From assembly GCF_009914755.1 (NCBI RefSeq), contig NC_060931.1: a DNA stretch of 64,000 nucleotides. One strand, written 5' to 3'. Positions 25,081 through 42,510 of the stretch are shown in pieces; position 1 is the stretch's first letter; each line of letters begins with the position of its first letter. Source of the stretch: the human T2T-CHM13v2.0 reference genome, Homo sapiens. A program made the position numbers and the translations under genes. The notes under the pieces were generated by a model. It searched no databases, had not been told where the DNA came from, and saw only the letters and a list, made by a program, of their open reading frames with translations.

Positions 25081-25095
<15 letters not shown>
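24319..25095. repeat. Interrupted (TA)n minisatellite, unit ~GAAAA(TA)nAA(TA)n, embedded in an antisense Alu
   Basis: Read directly; Alu 3' part at ~24243-24318 and Alu left arm at ~25096-25245. Confidence 0.95.
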
Positions 25096-25111
<16 letters not shown>

Positions 25112-25126
25112 GTATTTTTTTTGTAG

Positions 25127-25315
25127 AGATGGAATTTCACCGTGTTGCCTAGGCTGGTCTGGAGCTCTTGATCTCAAGCGATCCTCCCTGCCTCGGCCTC
25201 CCAACGTGCTGGGATTATAGGCGTGAGCCACCGCTCCTGGCCAGGGTCTGTTCCTAGTTGCAACAGTTCTTGGAAACCCACTCGAGAGGGCCACGCCTCC
25301 ATTCACCAGGCCACG
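25127..25315 (+). other. LAT2: LAT2 exon 2 (189-nt non-coding, Alu-derived)
   Basis: Poly-T tract + TGTAG acceptor from the antisense Alu linker; donor CACG|GTGGGT; length agrees with my recollection of an optional LAT2 5'UTR exon. Confidence 0.7.
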
Positions 25316-26280
25316 GTGGGTGGTGTGCGTATGTTTTGCTGAGGCCTGGTCATCACGCTGTGGCTCCAAGGCTGGGACCAGCCACAGACCGAGAAGCCGG
25401 TCAGGTGCCAGCCAGAGATTCAGGGCTCCCTCCCTCTGAACATCCTGTCTTTAGCCCATCCTTGGCATCCCAGCTCATGTCATCCCAGCCACCTGCAGCA
25501 GTGCCCTAGGGCCCCATCCCTCTGCGGATCATGCTCTTGGGCCACCTCCTCCAAGAAGCCTTCCCTGACCTCCCTCCTCCCAGCTCCCACCACAGGCAGA
25601 ATCTGGGCTTGCAGTTGTTTCAGGAATGGAAGCCCCATTCCCAGGTCCTGGGGGGACCCCAAGGCAGGAGGTGGGCAGAGAGGGGTCCTGCGAAGCATAG
25701 AGGAGCCCTGAGTTGCTCTGGGGTGGGCGAGGGCTTCCGGGTGCGTCTGCGTGAGTGGTGGCCACAGACTGTCACCTCCAGGAGCCAGGGTGGGTTTACT
25801 GGAGGCAACCCACTGTGGGTTGATGGGCAGAGCCAGGGTTAGGGGCAGGACACTGGGGCCTGAATCCCATCTTTCCACTTAGCAGACGTGAGCTCTCTGG
25901 CCTCAGTTTCTCGATTTGTGAAATGCAGTGAACCTCGTCCTCAAAGGGCAGTTGTCTAGATTAAGCGAGGCTGTGTGTAGGGCTGTGTGCGTGCACATGG
26001 GGCTGTCTTGTGGGCCCCCAGAGCCTTCCAGCACTTATCAAGGGTGAAGATGGCCCACAGGGCAGAGGTGTTGGTTTGGGGTCACATGGGGTGAACAGGA
26101 CTGGTTCTGTCCTTGCCCAGTGCAGGAGCGGGGAGGGGAGGTGGTGTTTCCGCAGCCTAGGCTCAGGTATGGGGCTGTCCGAGCACAGTGGGGGTGTGGG
26201 GTAGGATTCCTGAAAAAGGGGCCCCTTGCTCACGGGCACCTCCCATTTCAGCATCACAAGAGGCAACACCAGGAGCCAAC

Positions 26281-26374
26281 ATGAGCTCGGGGACTGAACT
26301 GCTGTGGCCCGGAGCAGCGCTGCTGGTGCTGTTGGGGGTGGCAGCCAGTCTGTGTGTGCGCTGCTCACGCCCAG
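26281..26374 (+). CDS. LAT2: LAT2 exon 3 coding part (MSSGTELLWPGAALLVLLGVAASLCVRCSRP; exon starts 26252)
   Basis: gccaacATG; hydrophobic TM segment plus CxxC; donor CAG|GTAAGC. Confidence 0.96.
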
Positions 26375-27129
26375 GTAAGCGGGGGTCTCGGGGACGTGAT
26401 GGGGAGAAGGTGTGGACAGTGCATCTCAGAGGCCCTCTCAGGCCCAGACGTGGCTGTGGTCAGAAGAGGTGGTCAGATGAACCTCGTGATGTGACCCCTG
26501 ACCCCTAAACTGCCCCCTGAAGACAATGGTCAGGTGCACCCGAGGGCTTTGGCTTTGCTGGGTCAACTGTGGTATCTCGAGCCAGAGAGATTGCCCCAGA
26601 CGAGGGAGGGGAGGCGAGGTTGCCTGTGGCATCCACTTTTCTAGCCTCTCCTCTTCTAAAAAAGGGTGAGCAAATACCCTTTTTTCTTTTTTTTGGACAG
26701 AGTCTTGCTCTGGTCTCCCAGGCTGGAGGGCAGTGATGCAATCTTGGCTCACTGTAACATCCAACTCTCGGGTTGAAGCGATTCTCCTGCCTCAACCCCC
26801 TGAGTAGCTGGGACTACAGGTGCCTGCCACCATGCCTGGCTAATTTTTGTGTTTTTAGTAGAGACGGGGTTTCCCCATGTTGGCCAGGCTGGTCACGAAC
26901 TGCTGACCTCATGTGATCCTCCCGCCTCGGCCCAAAGTGCTGGAATTACAGGAGGGAGCCACCACACCTGGTCCCAAATATTCTTTAATATCAGGTGGCC
27001 GGTGATGATTGACAGTTTGGCCCCCAAGTCCTGTCTGAGTCCTGCTGGAGACAAGACATGGCGGGGGGTGTCTGACCTCAGGTCGCAGCTGCTCCCAGAC
27101 CCTTTGCTAATCCTGGCCTTTTCTTGCAG

Positions 27130-27169
27130 GTGCAAAGAGGTCAGAGAAAATCTACCAGCAGAGAAGTCT
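27130..27169 (+). CDS. LAT2: LAT2 exon 4 (GAKRSEKIYQQRSL)
   Basis: cttgcag|...|gtgagt, 40 nt, in frame. Confidence 0.95.
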
Positions 27170-27575
27170 GTGAGTTGCCTCGATGTCCCTAGCCTGGTGT
27201 ATTCATGTGCCCTGGGCATGGACGTCCTCAAGGGAATTCCTAGCACCCCATCCTTCACCCCTTCACTCACACCTCCTCCGTGCCAAGTTCTAGTGGGTCC
27301 CTAGCCATCAGAGAAGGGAGAGAAAGTGTCCAGGGGCTGTCCAGGCCCTGCTGTAGCTTGGGTTAGGGAGGGCTTTGGGAGGCGGGGACGCCTGGGCTGT
27401 GGGGCTAGCCACTCTTCAGCTTGCCTGTGAACCCCTCCAGAAGTCCAGGCATCTGGCCAGGCACGATGGTTCACACCTGTAATCCCAGCACTTTGGGAGG
27501 CCAAGGCAGGTGGATCACCTGAGGTCAGGAGTTTGAGACCAGCCTGGCCAACATGGTGAAACCTCATTTCTACTA

Positions 27576-27791
<216 letters not shown>

Positions 27792-28159
27792 TCAGCCTCC
27801 CTTTGACCCCAATCCCCAGGGGCTAGTCCGCTCTCCCCTTGCAATGCAAGAGACAGAGAACCCGGCACAGGGTGAAATGTGAACGTTGTCGGAGACTCCC
27901 CTGGAAAAAACTGCCGGAGCTCAGGGGAGGATGTGGGCAAGTCCCTCGGGGGACCAGGGAAGGACTGTGAGAAAGACCCAGGGAAGGGCAGTGGGTTCGA
28001 CACTGCAGACTGGGGCTGAAACCCAGAACAACCCAGGCACATGGGCAGTGGCCACAGGTGTCCTTTGATTAAGAGAATGGCTGTGGGCCCAGGAAACCTT
28101 GGAGGTCCATGTGCACCCCCGAGCAGTCACTCATGACCCACACACGCACACCCGCACAC

Positions 28160-28350
28160 ACATCCTTCCTCATTTCCTTTTGCAACTGAAAAACCACAGT
28201 GAGATTTGAAAATAGAATCTTCCCATCCTTGCTCATCGTGGGCCAGGGTTAGACCTTTCTGGGTCTTTCTGGCCACGTGGCTTTCTGGCCGCCTGCAACC
28301 TCCCCCGATGCCCCCCATGCCCTTGACTCCTCGGACACTTCCCCTCTCCC
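28160..28350. promoter_or_regulatory. Candidate haematopoietic intronic enhancer (PU.1, C/EBP, RUNX motifs)
   Basis: CTTCCTCATTT 28165, TTTTGCAA 28178, AACCACA 28192, CACTTCCCCTCT 28336. Confidence 0.5.
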
Positions 28351-28774
28351 CTCAGGCCCTGCCCACCCCCAGCCCCCTGATTGATCTTAGAGCCATAGAT
28401 GGTCAGGGCCAGACTCAGCGTCCCCATGTGGGAGGTGGAGGGGAGCTGTTTGGTCTTCTCCCTGGAATGCCTGTGCCTGCCTCTCCATCTGTCACCTCGG
28501 TTGGGCTCAGTCCCACCAGCCTGCATGAAGCAACTGCTGTGAGCACAGGCTCCGTTCCTCTGTTGCTTCTCCCAGGAAGCCACGTCTGACTGACTCTCTC
28601 CTGTGGATTTAGGGTATCTCTCCTAAATCAGGTCACCCTGAGCCCCAGTCTTCAAGGAGCTTGGAAGGCTGGGCCAGGTACCCATTCTGGTTCAGAGGAG
28701 GAGCCCCCAAACCTGCTTTAATAATGAGCTAATCCACTCCATTATCTGTAATGGCAGCTTCCATTTTCAAGAGC

Positions 28775-29283
<509 letters not shown>

Positions 29284-29314
29284 TGAGCCACCATGCCGGG
29301 TCTAGAGTGTGTGC

Positions 29315-29638
<324 letters not shown>

Positions 29639-30038
29639 TGAGCACCTGCCTTCATTCACCCTCATGCCCCAGAATCTCAGGGCTACCTCCACAGCCCTGT
29701 CCACAGACCCCTCCTGACCCGTCTCCAGGGGCCTGGGACCCACCGGCAGGATGTGGCCCTGTTGAGGCCATGTCAGGGATGGGTCTGGCTGAGAGCCGGG
29801 CTCCAGCCCAGGGCCCTGTGTGAGGGTTGGGCACCCAGTGCACGGAGGGGCCAGAGAATGGGGATAGCATGGGGAGCCGTGAGAATGAGGCCTGAAAGGG
29901 CAGCAGTTCCTCCCCACTGTCGCCCCAGTCCGTCCCTCTGCTTTCCCTCCTCATCCCTGCCTGTCCCTCCCTCCTGTCCCTGTGTTCTTGGGCTGTGGGA
30001 GTCCAGGCCCAGGCTCAGCACAGCCCATGCATTTCCAG

Positions 30039-30082
30039 GCGTGAGGACCAACAGAGCTTTACGGGGTCCCGGACCTACTCCT
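30039..30082 (+). CDS. LAT2: LAT2 exon 5 (REDQQSFTGSRTYS)
   Basis: tttccag|...|gtgagt, 44 nt. Confidence 0.95.
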
Positions 30083-30254
30083 GTGAGTCTCCAAGTGTCC
30101 CCGGGTTGGGCTCTGGGTTGGGGGTGTCCCTATCAAGTTATCTCGGTCCCCATTGACCTGAGACCGTGGCCAGGCCTGATGTGGGGGGATGATGGGGTGA
30201 GGGGGCTGGGCTAGCTGGGGGCCCAGCCAACACCCCACTTCTTGCCCTTTGTAG

Positions 30255-30303
30255 TGGTCGGGCAGGCATGGCCAGGACCCCTGGCGGACATGGCACCCAC
30301 AAG
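30255..30303 (+). CDS. LAT2: LAT2 exon 6 (LVGQAWPGPLADMAPTR)
   Basis: tttgtag|...|gtaggt, 49 nt. Confidence 0.95.
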
Positions 30304-30511
30304 GTAGGTCACAGTCCCCCAGGAAGTGACAAGAATGAAAGTCCTGGAGGTCCTCACCTGGTGAGCCCAGGTCAAGACCTCCCTCCCTCCCCGAGTCCCA
30401 GAGCTCCAGGGCTCAGCTATGAAGGCCCCACAAGGGGTATGGGGGGATGTGTCCTGGGGGGCCTCTCCCCTACAGCCCCTCCTTTAACTCCCTCCTTCCC
30501 CCTCCCTGCAG

Positions 30512-30549
30512 GAAGGACAAGCTGTTGCAATTCTACCCCAGCCTGGAGG
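30512..30549 (+). CDS. LAT2: LAT2 exon 7 (KDKLLQFYPSLE)
   Basis: cctgcag|...|gtgagt, 38 nt. Confidence 0.95.
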
Positions 30550-30878
30550 GTGAGTGGCACAGGGCAGGGACAGGGACAGGCCTAGCCAAGCTGGGACTAA
30601 GACAGGCGAAAACCCCATGGGACAGGCGTCGTGCAGTGGGGGCTGCGGGGCCAGGCGAGGCCTCCCCAGGAGAGACACACAGGCTGGGGCAGGGCAGGCT
30701 CCTGGAATCGGCCTGGCAGGGGGAGGGTGCACACTCGCACATGCCCCACTGAGGGGACAGGGAGCACTGCAAAGGCTCAGACACGGGAAATAGCTGGCCC
30801 TGCCTTGGGCTGCAGCACCCGAGCTGGGTGCAAAGCAGGGGCCAGGGGAGAAAGCAATTAGCTGGGTCTTTCTTCCAG

Positions 30879-30914
30879 ATCCAGCATCTTCCAGGTACCA
30901 GAACTTCAGCAAAG
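30879..30914 (+). CDS. LAT2: LAT2 exon 8 (DPASSRYQNFSK)
   Basis: cttccag|...|gtaggt, 36 nt. Confidence 0.95.
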
Positions 30915-30998
30915 GTAGGTAGGCTCCTGGAGAAAGGGGGAGGCCATGGTGGGGGCCACACCCAGGGGCTCAGGCCCAATTCTCGCCTCCTCCCGCAG

Positions 30999-31029
30999 GA
31001 AGCAGACACGGGTCGGAGGAAGCCTACAT
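30999..31029 (+). CDS. LAT2: LAT2 exon 9 (GSRHGSEEAYI)
   Basis: cccgcag|...|gtgagt, 31 nt. Confidence 0.95.
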
Positions 31030-31046
31030 GTGAGTGACCTTGATCC

Positions 31047-31114
31047 TGTCCCCCCTGCCTCGCCTCTCCCCCTGCCCCACCTCTCCCCCTGCCCCACCTC
31101 TCCCCCTGCCCCAC
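31047..31114. repeat. 17-bp tandem repeat (CTCTCCCCCTGCCCCAC): three perfect copies plus one degenerate
   Basis: Perfect units at 31064, 31081 and 31098. Confidence 0.9.
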
Positions 31115-31430
31115 CTGCCTGCCACAGCCCTGGGCTTCCTGGTCCAGGAACCACCTCTTGCACTAGAACGAGGCATCCAGGTTCCCCTCCTTCTCCTGGC
31201 AGGCAGGCATTGGGCGACACTGTTGTCTCTTAGGTAACCCTGGGTTTGGGGGACTGGACTTTGCCCTGCTCTGGGACACAGAGTGTCAGGGGCGGGGGAT
31301 AGAGACTCATTCAGCATCACCCAGTCAAAGACAAGCTACAGGACACCCAGAATCCCTCGGGGGTGTTGCATCATCTCACAGATGGGCAAACGATGGGGAA
31401 TGGCCTAAGGTCACATAGCAAGGTGGCTCA

Positions 31431-31756
<326 letters not shown>

Positions 31757-31759
31757 TCA

Positions 31760-32966
<1,207 letters not shown>

Positions 32967-33036
32967 TCAAGCGATTTTCCTGCCTCAGCCTCCCGAGTAG
33001 CTGAGATTACAGGCGCCTGCCACCACGCCTGGCTAA

Positions 33037-33186
<150 letters not shown>

Positions 33187-34019
33187 TAGGACCCCCAACA
33201 TCACTGATGGATTTTGGGTGGGGCATCAGTCAGAGCCCAGCTTCCCCATTACAAGGCCAAGATGGGGTGCCAGGCGCTGAGGTGCCATACTCAGCCTGGG
33301 TCCCCGAGCAAAGCATCCTCAGCCTGCCCTGCCCTATCTGGAAGAGTCCAGCCCCTTCCCGGCAGTGGCTCTAGGGAGAGCTCCTGATTATAGAGATGAA
33401 CCCCTGAGGCTGCCCCTGCCTCCCTCCCTCTCTCCAGCCACCCGGCATGGGCCTGAATTGCAGCCCCCGCAGAGTACCCCCTCCAGAGTGCATATGGAGG
33501 GGATCTCAGAAGACAGAGGCTGGACACAGTGACTCACGCCTGTAATCCCAACATTTTGGGAAGATTGCCTAAGCTTAGGGGTTCAAGACCAGCCTGGGCA
33601 ACACAGCGAGATCCTCTCTACAAACAATTTTAAAAGTTAGCTGGGCGTGGTGGTGCATGCCTGTAGTTCCAGCTACTCAGGAGGCTGCGGGGTAGGAAGA
33701 TCGTTTGAGCCGGGAGTTGGAGGCTACAGTGAGCTGACTTTGCCAGTGCTCTCCAGCCTGGGTGACAGAGCAAGACCGTCTCAACAAGAAACAAAGAAGA
33801 CAGAGGAGCTCAGGGCTCAGGGAAGAGCATGCAGGGGCACCAGGCCAGCACCCATTAGGAAGCTCATCCAGAAGAAGGCTTGAGGTCCCGGGGGACCCAG
33901 AGGGCTAGGGCTTGGCGGAAGAGGTCCCCTGCAAAGGGAAGGCAGGACAGAGCGGGAGGATGAGCCAGGCTTTGCAGGGTCTGCCCACACCCCCGTGCCC
34001 ACTCCTCTCTCTCCTGCAG

Positions 34020-34079
34020 ATGATGATGCCAATTCCTACGAGAATGTGCTCATTTGCAAGCAGAAAACCACAGAGACAG
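34020..34079 (+). CDS. LAT2: LAT2 exon 11 (DDDANSYENVLICKQKTTET)
   Basis: cctgcag|...|gtgagg, 60 nt. Confidence 0.95.
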
Positions 34080-34313
34080 GTGAGGCTGCCCAGCCAGAGG
34101 CAGGCTGGGGCTGGGAGCAGCAGGCCTCCTTGGCCAGGTGCCCCTGCACTCCCCACTGCTCAAAGGCCGCCCCCACTTTGAAGCCTGAAGGCTCTCGGAT
34201 CCCCAGGTACCTTTCGGTAGAGCCTTGCCCCTACTATCCTCGGAGGCAGCTCTATTGGCTCCTGGTGCCTCTGTGGGACTGAGCCAAGGGGGGCCTATTC
34301 TCCCTCTCTGCAG

Positions 34314-34493
34314 GTGCCCAGCAGGAGGGCATAGGTGGCCTCTGCAGAGGGGACCTCAGCCTGTCACTGGCCCTGAAGACTGGCCCCACTTCTGGTCTCT
34401 GTCCCTCTGCCTCCCCGGAAGAAGATGAGGAATCTGAGGATTATCAGAACTCAGCATCCATCCATCAGTGGCGCGAGTCCAGGAAGGTCATGG
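34314..34493 (+). CDS. LAT2: LAT2 exon 12 (GAQQEG...EDYQNSASIHQWRESRKVM)
   Basis: tctgcag|...|gtaggt, 180 nt. Confidence 0.95.
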
Positions 34494-34934
34494 GTAGGTG
34501 GCCGGGAGAAGAGGCAGGGTGGTCCACTTAGGGCAGGCTTGAGGGACTGGCCTGGAAGGGCAGGCTGAAAGTGGGCTTCCCTCCAGCCAGTCCAGCTAAC
34601 CCCGCAGTGATGCCTGGGTGCAGGAGCAGCTGCAGAGACCTTGAACCACACAGGACGGCCCTTGGCAGCCGCCCAGCCTCCAGGGTGGGGTCAGGTCCTC
34701 CCGGGCAGGCCGCCCCATCCAGCTGCATGCATGGAGTAACGCATTCACCTGCTCTCACAGCAGGACGATCTCCGGCAAATCCCAGAGACAGGACAGACAC
34801 ACACCGCCAGGACCTGTCGGGCGTGGCATTTCCCGCGGGCTGTTTTGTGGAGTCTGGGGGTCTGAGTCTGGGGGAGCAGTCATGGGTGTCTCCATGTGAA
34901 CCACTCGATGACCTGTCTGCCCGCTGGTCCACAG

Positions 34935-35038
34935 GGCAACTCCAGAGAGAAGCATCCCCTGGCCCGGTGGGAAGCCCAGACGAGGAGGACGGGGAACCGG
35001 ATTACGTGAATGGGGAGGTGGCAGCCACAGAAGCCTAG
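34935..35038 (+). CDS. LAT2: LAT2 exon 13 coding part to stop ([34 protein letters not shown]; exon ends 35056)
   Basis: tccacag|; TAG at 35036-35038; donor AAG|GTACAG 18 nt after the stop. Confidence 0.95.
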
Positions 35039-36169
35039 GGCAGACCAAGAAGAAAGGTACAGCCCCTGCTCTCCAGCTGCCGTGGGCCAAGGATTGGAGG
35101 TCTTGCCAAGCTGCAGGACCCCCAATCCAAGGGAACAGCCGAGAGTGTGGGTGGAGGGGCCATGGTGGGGGCTACAGGGTGCACCCATGGGTGCTCCAAG
35201 AGGGCAGCTTGGCGACTCTGTTCCTCTGTTCTGGCCAGGGGCGTCAGGCAGGGAATTCTGGTGACTTCAGGGGCAAAGAAGTGGGCACCGGGTGGGTCTC
35301 CCAACTCCACTGCATCCTCCTGGCTGCGACCTTGGACCAAGTGACAACCTCCCAGAACTTAGTTCCTCACTTGGTGCCCACCTCTCAGAGAAGACATCGC
35401 ACACACGGCCGGGCACGGTGGCTCACGCCTGTAATCCCGGCACTTTGGGAGGCCGAGGCAGGCAGATCACCTGAGGTCACGAGTTCGAGACCAGCCTGGC
35501 CAACATGGTGAAACTTCATCTCTACTAAAAACACAAAAAATTAGCCAGGCATGGTGGTGGGTGCCTGTAGTCCCAGTTAGTTGGGAGGCTGAGGCAGGAG
35601 AATCATTTGAACCCTGAAGGCGGAGGTTGCGGTGAGTTAAGATCACATGCACTCAACCCTGGGTGACAGAGCGAGACTCCGTCTCAATAAATAAATAAAA
35701 AAACAGACATTGCACACAAAGCCTCAGCCCAGCAGGCACTCGGTCAATGCTGGAAACAGACAGGAGGCAGGGACGTTGGGAAATGTAACAGTGGCTGAGA
35801 CGCGCTGAGGAGCCACCGCAGGCCAGTGAGATGGTGCGGCGCTAAGCGCTCACACGTGCACCATCTCTTAGCACCCAAAGCCACAGAGCAGTTAAGCCAC
35901 CTGCCCAAGGCCACATCTTGAAGTAAGGGGAGGAGGAGATGGAATCCCCAGTGGTCAGACATCAGACATCAAAGCCTAGGCTGGGTCTACTGCTTGGGAA
36001 GCACGATGGACCCCCAGAGGGCCTTGAAGGCTGCCCAAAGTCCCCATCTGGGAGACCCAGGCCGTCATCTCAGCGAGCAGGCTGGAGGGTGGAAACCACA
36101 GTGAACCTGGGTGGTCAAGAGTCAGCCCCAGAGGCAGGTGCAGGAGTTTGAGCCAAATGTGCAGAGCCC

Positions 36170-37330
<1,161 letters not shown>

Positions 37331-37854
37331 AGATAGAAAGGTTGTTTTTTCTTTTTTTTTTTTTTCGTTCCTGTCGCCCAGGCTGAAGTGCAATGGTGCA
37401 ATCTTGGCTCACTGCAAACTCCGCCTCCTGGGTTCAAGCGATGCTCCTGCCTCAGCCTCCCGAGTAGCTGCGATTACAGGTGTCTGCCACCACACCCGGC
37501 CAATTTGTATTTATTTTATTTTATTTTGTTTTTTGAGAGGGAGTCTCGCTCTGTCACCCAGGCTGGAGTGCAGTGGCGTGATCTCGGCTCACTGCAACCT
37601 CTGCCTCCTGGGTTCAGGTTTCTCTTGCCTCAGCCTCCCGAGTAGCTGGGATTACAGGCACACGCCACAACACCTGGCTAATTTTTGTATTTTTAGTAGA
37701 GATGGGGTTTCACCATGTTGGCCAGGCTGGTCTCAAACTCCTGACCTAAAGTGATCGGCCCACCTCAGCCTCCCCAAGTGCTGGGATTACAGGCATGAGC
37801 TACCATGCCTGGCTAATGGGAAGGTTTTGTACAAAGACTGGCTGGATGTTTCTA

Positions 37855-38451
<597 letters not shown>

Positions 38452-38456
38452 CTACG

Positions 38457-38490
<34 letters not shown>

Positions 38491-38582
38491 CCAGGCGCGG
38501 TGGCTCACGCCTGTAATCCCAGCACTTTGGGAGGCTGAGGCGGGCGGATCACAAGGTCAGGAGATCGAGACCATCCTGGCTA

Positions 38583-38865
<283 letters not shown>

Positions 38866-38916
38866 TCAGGAGATCGAGACCATCCTGGCTAACATGGTGA
38901 AACCCTGTCTCTACTA

Positions 38917-39144
<228 letters not shown>

Positions 39145-39237
39145 TCAATGGTGTCCCCAAACCAGTGGTTATGGTTCTCAGGAACAAAATACTGATCAAG
39201 GCAAACCTCCTTCTACAAACTTTCCTCTTCATTTAAG

Positions 39238-40125
39238 GAGCCAAGGCAAAGAGGGACCACTGTGCTCATGGACCCATCGCTGCCTTCCAAGGACCATTTC
39301 CCAGAGCTACTCAACTTTTAAGCCCCTGCCATGGTTGCTCCTGGAAGGAGAACCAGCCACCCTGAGGACCACCTGGCCATGCGTGCACAGCCTGGGAAAA
39401 GACAGTTACTCACGGGAGCTGCAGGCCCGTCACCAAGCCCTCTCCCGACCCAGGCTTTGTGGGGCAGGCACCTGGTACCAAGGGTAACCCGGCTCCTGGT
39501 ATGGACGGATGCGCAGGATTTAGGATAAGCTGTCACCCAGTCCCCATAACAAAACCACTGTCCAACACTGGTATCTGTGTTCTTTTGTGCTATGAATTTG
39601 GATTCCTAATTGCTATTGTTGGTTGCTGGGGTTTTAAATGATTGATAAGCTTGTACAGTTAACTTATAGAGGGGGAGCCATATTTAACATTCTGGATTTC
39701 AGAGTAGAGATTTCTGTGTTGTCTCCTAGAAAGCATTACATGTAGTTTATTTCAGCATCCTTGTTGGGTGGGGCCCTGGCTCTCTTCCCCTTTGGTGGGA
39801 CCTCCCCTTTCTTTGGGCTTCAGTTCACTCAGGAAGAAATGAGGCTGTCGCCATCTTTATGTGCTTCCAGTGGAAATGTCACTTGCTACAGACAATAGTG
39901 CATGAGAGTCTAGAGAAGTAGTGACCAGAACAGGGCAGAGTAGGTCCCCTCCATGGCCCTGAATCCTCCTCTGCTCCAGGGCTGGCCTCTGCAGAGCTGA
40001 TTAAACAGTGTTGTGACTGTCTCATGGGAAGAGCTGGGGCCCAGAGGGACCTTGAGTCAGAAATGTTGCCAGAAAAAGTATCTCCTCCAACCAAAACATC
40101 TCAATAAAACCATTTTAGTTGAAAA
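39238..40125 (+). other. LAT2: LAT2 exon 14 (3'UTR only)
   Basis: tttcctcttcatttaag|GAG acceptor; non-repeat sequence ending after AATAAA. Confidence 0.8.
40103..40108 (+). terminator. LAT2: LAT2 polyadenylation signal
   Basis: AATAAA. Confidence 0.8.
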
Positions 40126-40422
40126 GCAGTGATTATCCTGTGTCTCCTTTCTCCTGCTTCAGGTAAAAAACCTTTTATAAAAATATAAAAATTAGCCGGG
40201 CCTGGTGGTGCATGCCTGTAGTCTCAACTACTTGGGAGGCTGAGGCAGGAAAATCACTTGAACCCAGAAGGTTGCAGTGAACTATGATTGCATCACTGCA
40301 CTCCAGCCTGGGCAAGAGGGAGACCTTGTCTCAAAAAACATAACAAAACACGGCCAGGCACAGTGGCTCACGCCTGTAATCCCAGCACTTTGGGAGGCTG
40401 AGGTGGGTGGATCACGAGGTCA

Positions 40423-40712
<290 letters not shown>

Positions 40713-40918
40713 TCAGGGCTGCGGATGGGATCTTAGTTCCCAAGTCCAGCCGTCTTTCTGGGATGGCCCAGGGACTCTTCCCATGAGAAGAAATTAATGC
40801 GACAAGTTAGGAAATCAGAAGAAACATCTAGAACCCAACTGCCGCCCACCTGTTACTTCACATCCTGAAGTCCTGACTGTACAACCTCAGGGACAAGTTT
40901 CTCTTCCTTTTTTTGTAA

Positions 40919-41071
<153 letters not shown>

Positions 41072-41734
41072 TAGTATTTCGTATTTTAGCCACCGTGCCC
41101 AAATGGGCCAGGCATGGTGGCTCACACCTGTAATGCCAGCACTTAGGAGGCTGAGGTGGGAGGATCACTTGAGGCCAGGAGTTCGAGACCAGTCCCAGCA
41201 ATATAGTGAGACCTCATTTCTACAAAAAATTTAATAATTAGCTGGGTATCGTGGTACATGCCTGTAGTCCCAGCTACTCAGGAGGCTGAGGTAGGAGGAT
41301 CACTTGAGCCCAAGAGGTTGAGGCTGCAGTGAGCCAAGATTGGCCCACTACACTCTAGCCTGGGCGACAGAGTGAGACCCAATCTCAAAAATCAAAACAA
41401 AACAAAAAGGGAAAAAAATAGTATCTTACCAAAAAAAAAAAAAAGGCAATTCTACAAATTAGTACGAAATTCTTTGGGGAATTCTAAAGCAAGCGCAAAG
41501 AGTATGGTCTAGAACACAGGAAGAGCATCACGGTGTTTTCCTGAGGGCTGGGCTGCATCTCTCCACTCTGCCGCCCTCTCTGAAAGGCTCGCCACCTGGC
41601 CATTCTGAGAAATCAGTCTAAATAGGAAAGACAGCAAACCCTGCCCTCGCCCTGGGGAAGTGGCGCCTTCAGGCTTCTAGAAGAACCGAGATGAGCTTGT
41701 GGGTCTACTATCTAATCGCCTTTTCTACTTGTAG

Positions 41735-42286
<552 letters not shown>

Positions 42287-42399
42287 TAAAGGACAGTCAT
42301 GTTGGCTCCAGCCTAAGGCGGCATTTTCCCCCATCAGAAAGCCGCGGCTCCTGTACCTCAGAATAGGGCACCTGTAAGTCAGTCAGTGAAGTCTCTGCT

Positions 42400-42510
42400 C
42401 TAACTGGCCACCGGGGCCATTGTCTTCTGACACAGCCTTGCCAGGAGGCCTGCCATCTGCAAAAGAGAGTTCACTCCTTCCGCTATTTTCATGTGAGTGT
42501 ATCCAATTTC
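42400..42510 (-). CDS. RFC2: RFC2 exon 11 to stop ([36 protein letters not shown])
   Basis: gtttttcag| acceptor; TAG; 111 nt. Confidence 0.96.
   Translation of the reverse strand, partial: EIGYTHMKIAEGVNSLLQMAGLLARLCQKTMAPVAS

Noticed and set aside
24087-25369. 201-, 279- and 353-aa I/Y/F-rich ORFs
   Set aside because: Translations of the (TA)n minisatellite.
41560-41670. Possible CTCF motifs between LAT2 and RFC2
   Set aside because: Only the 3' half of the consensus matches (AGAGGGCG, AGGTGGCG); too weak to call without a PWM scan or ChIP data.
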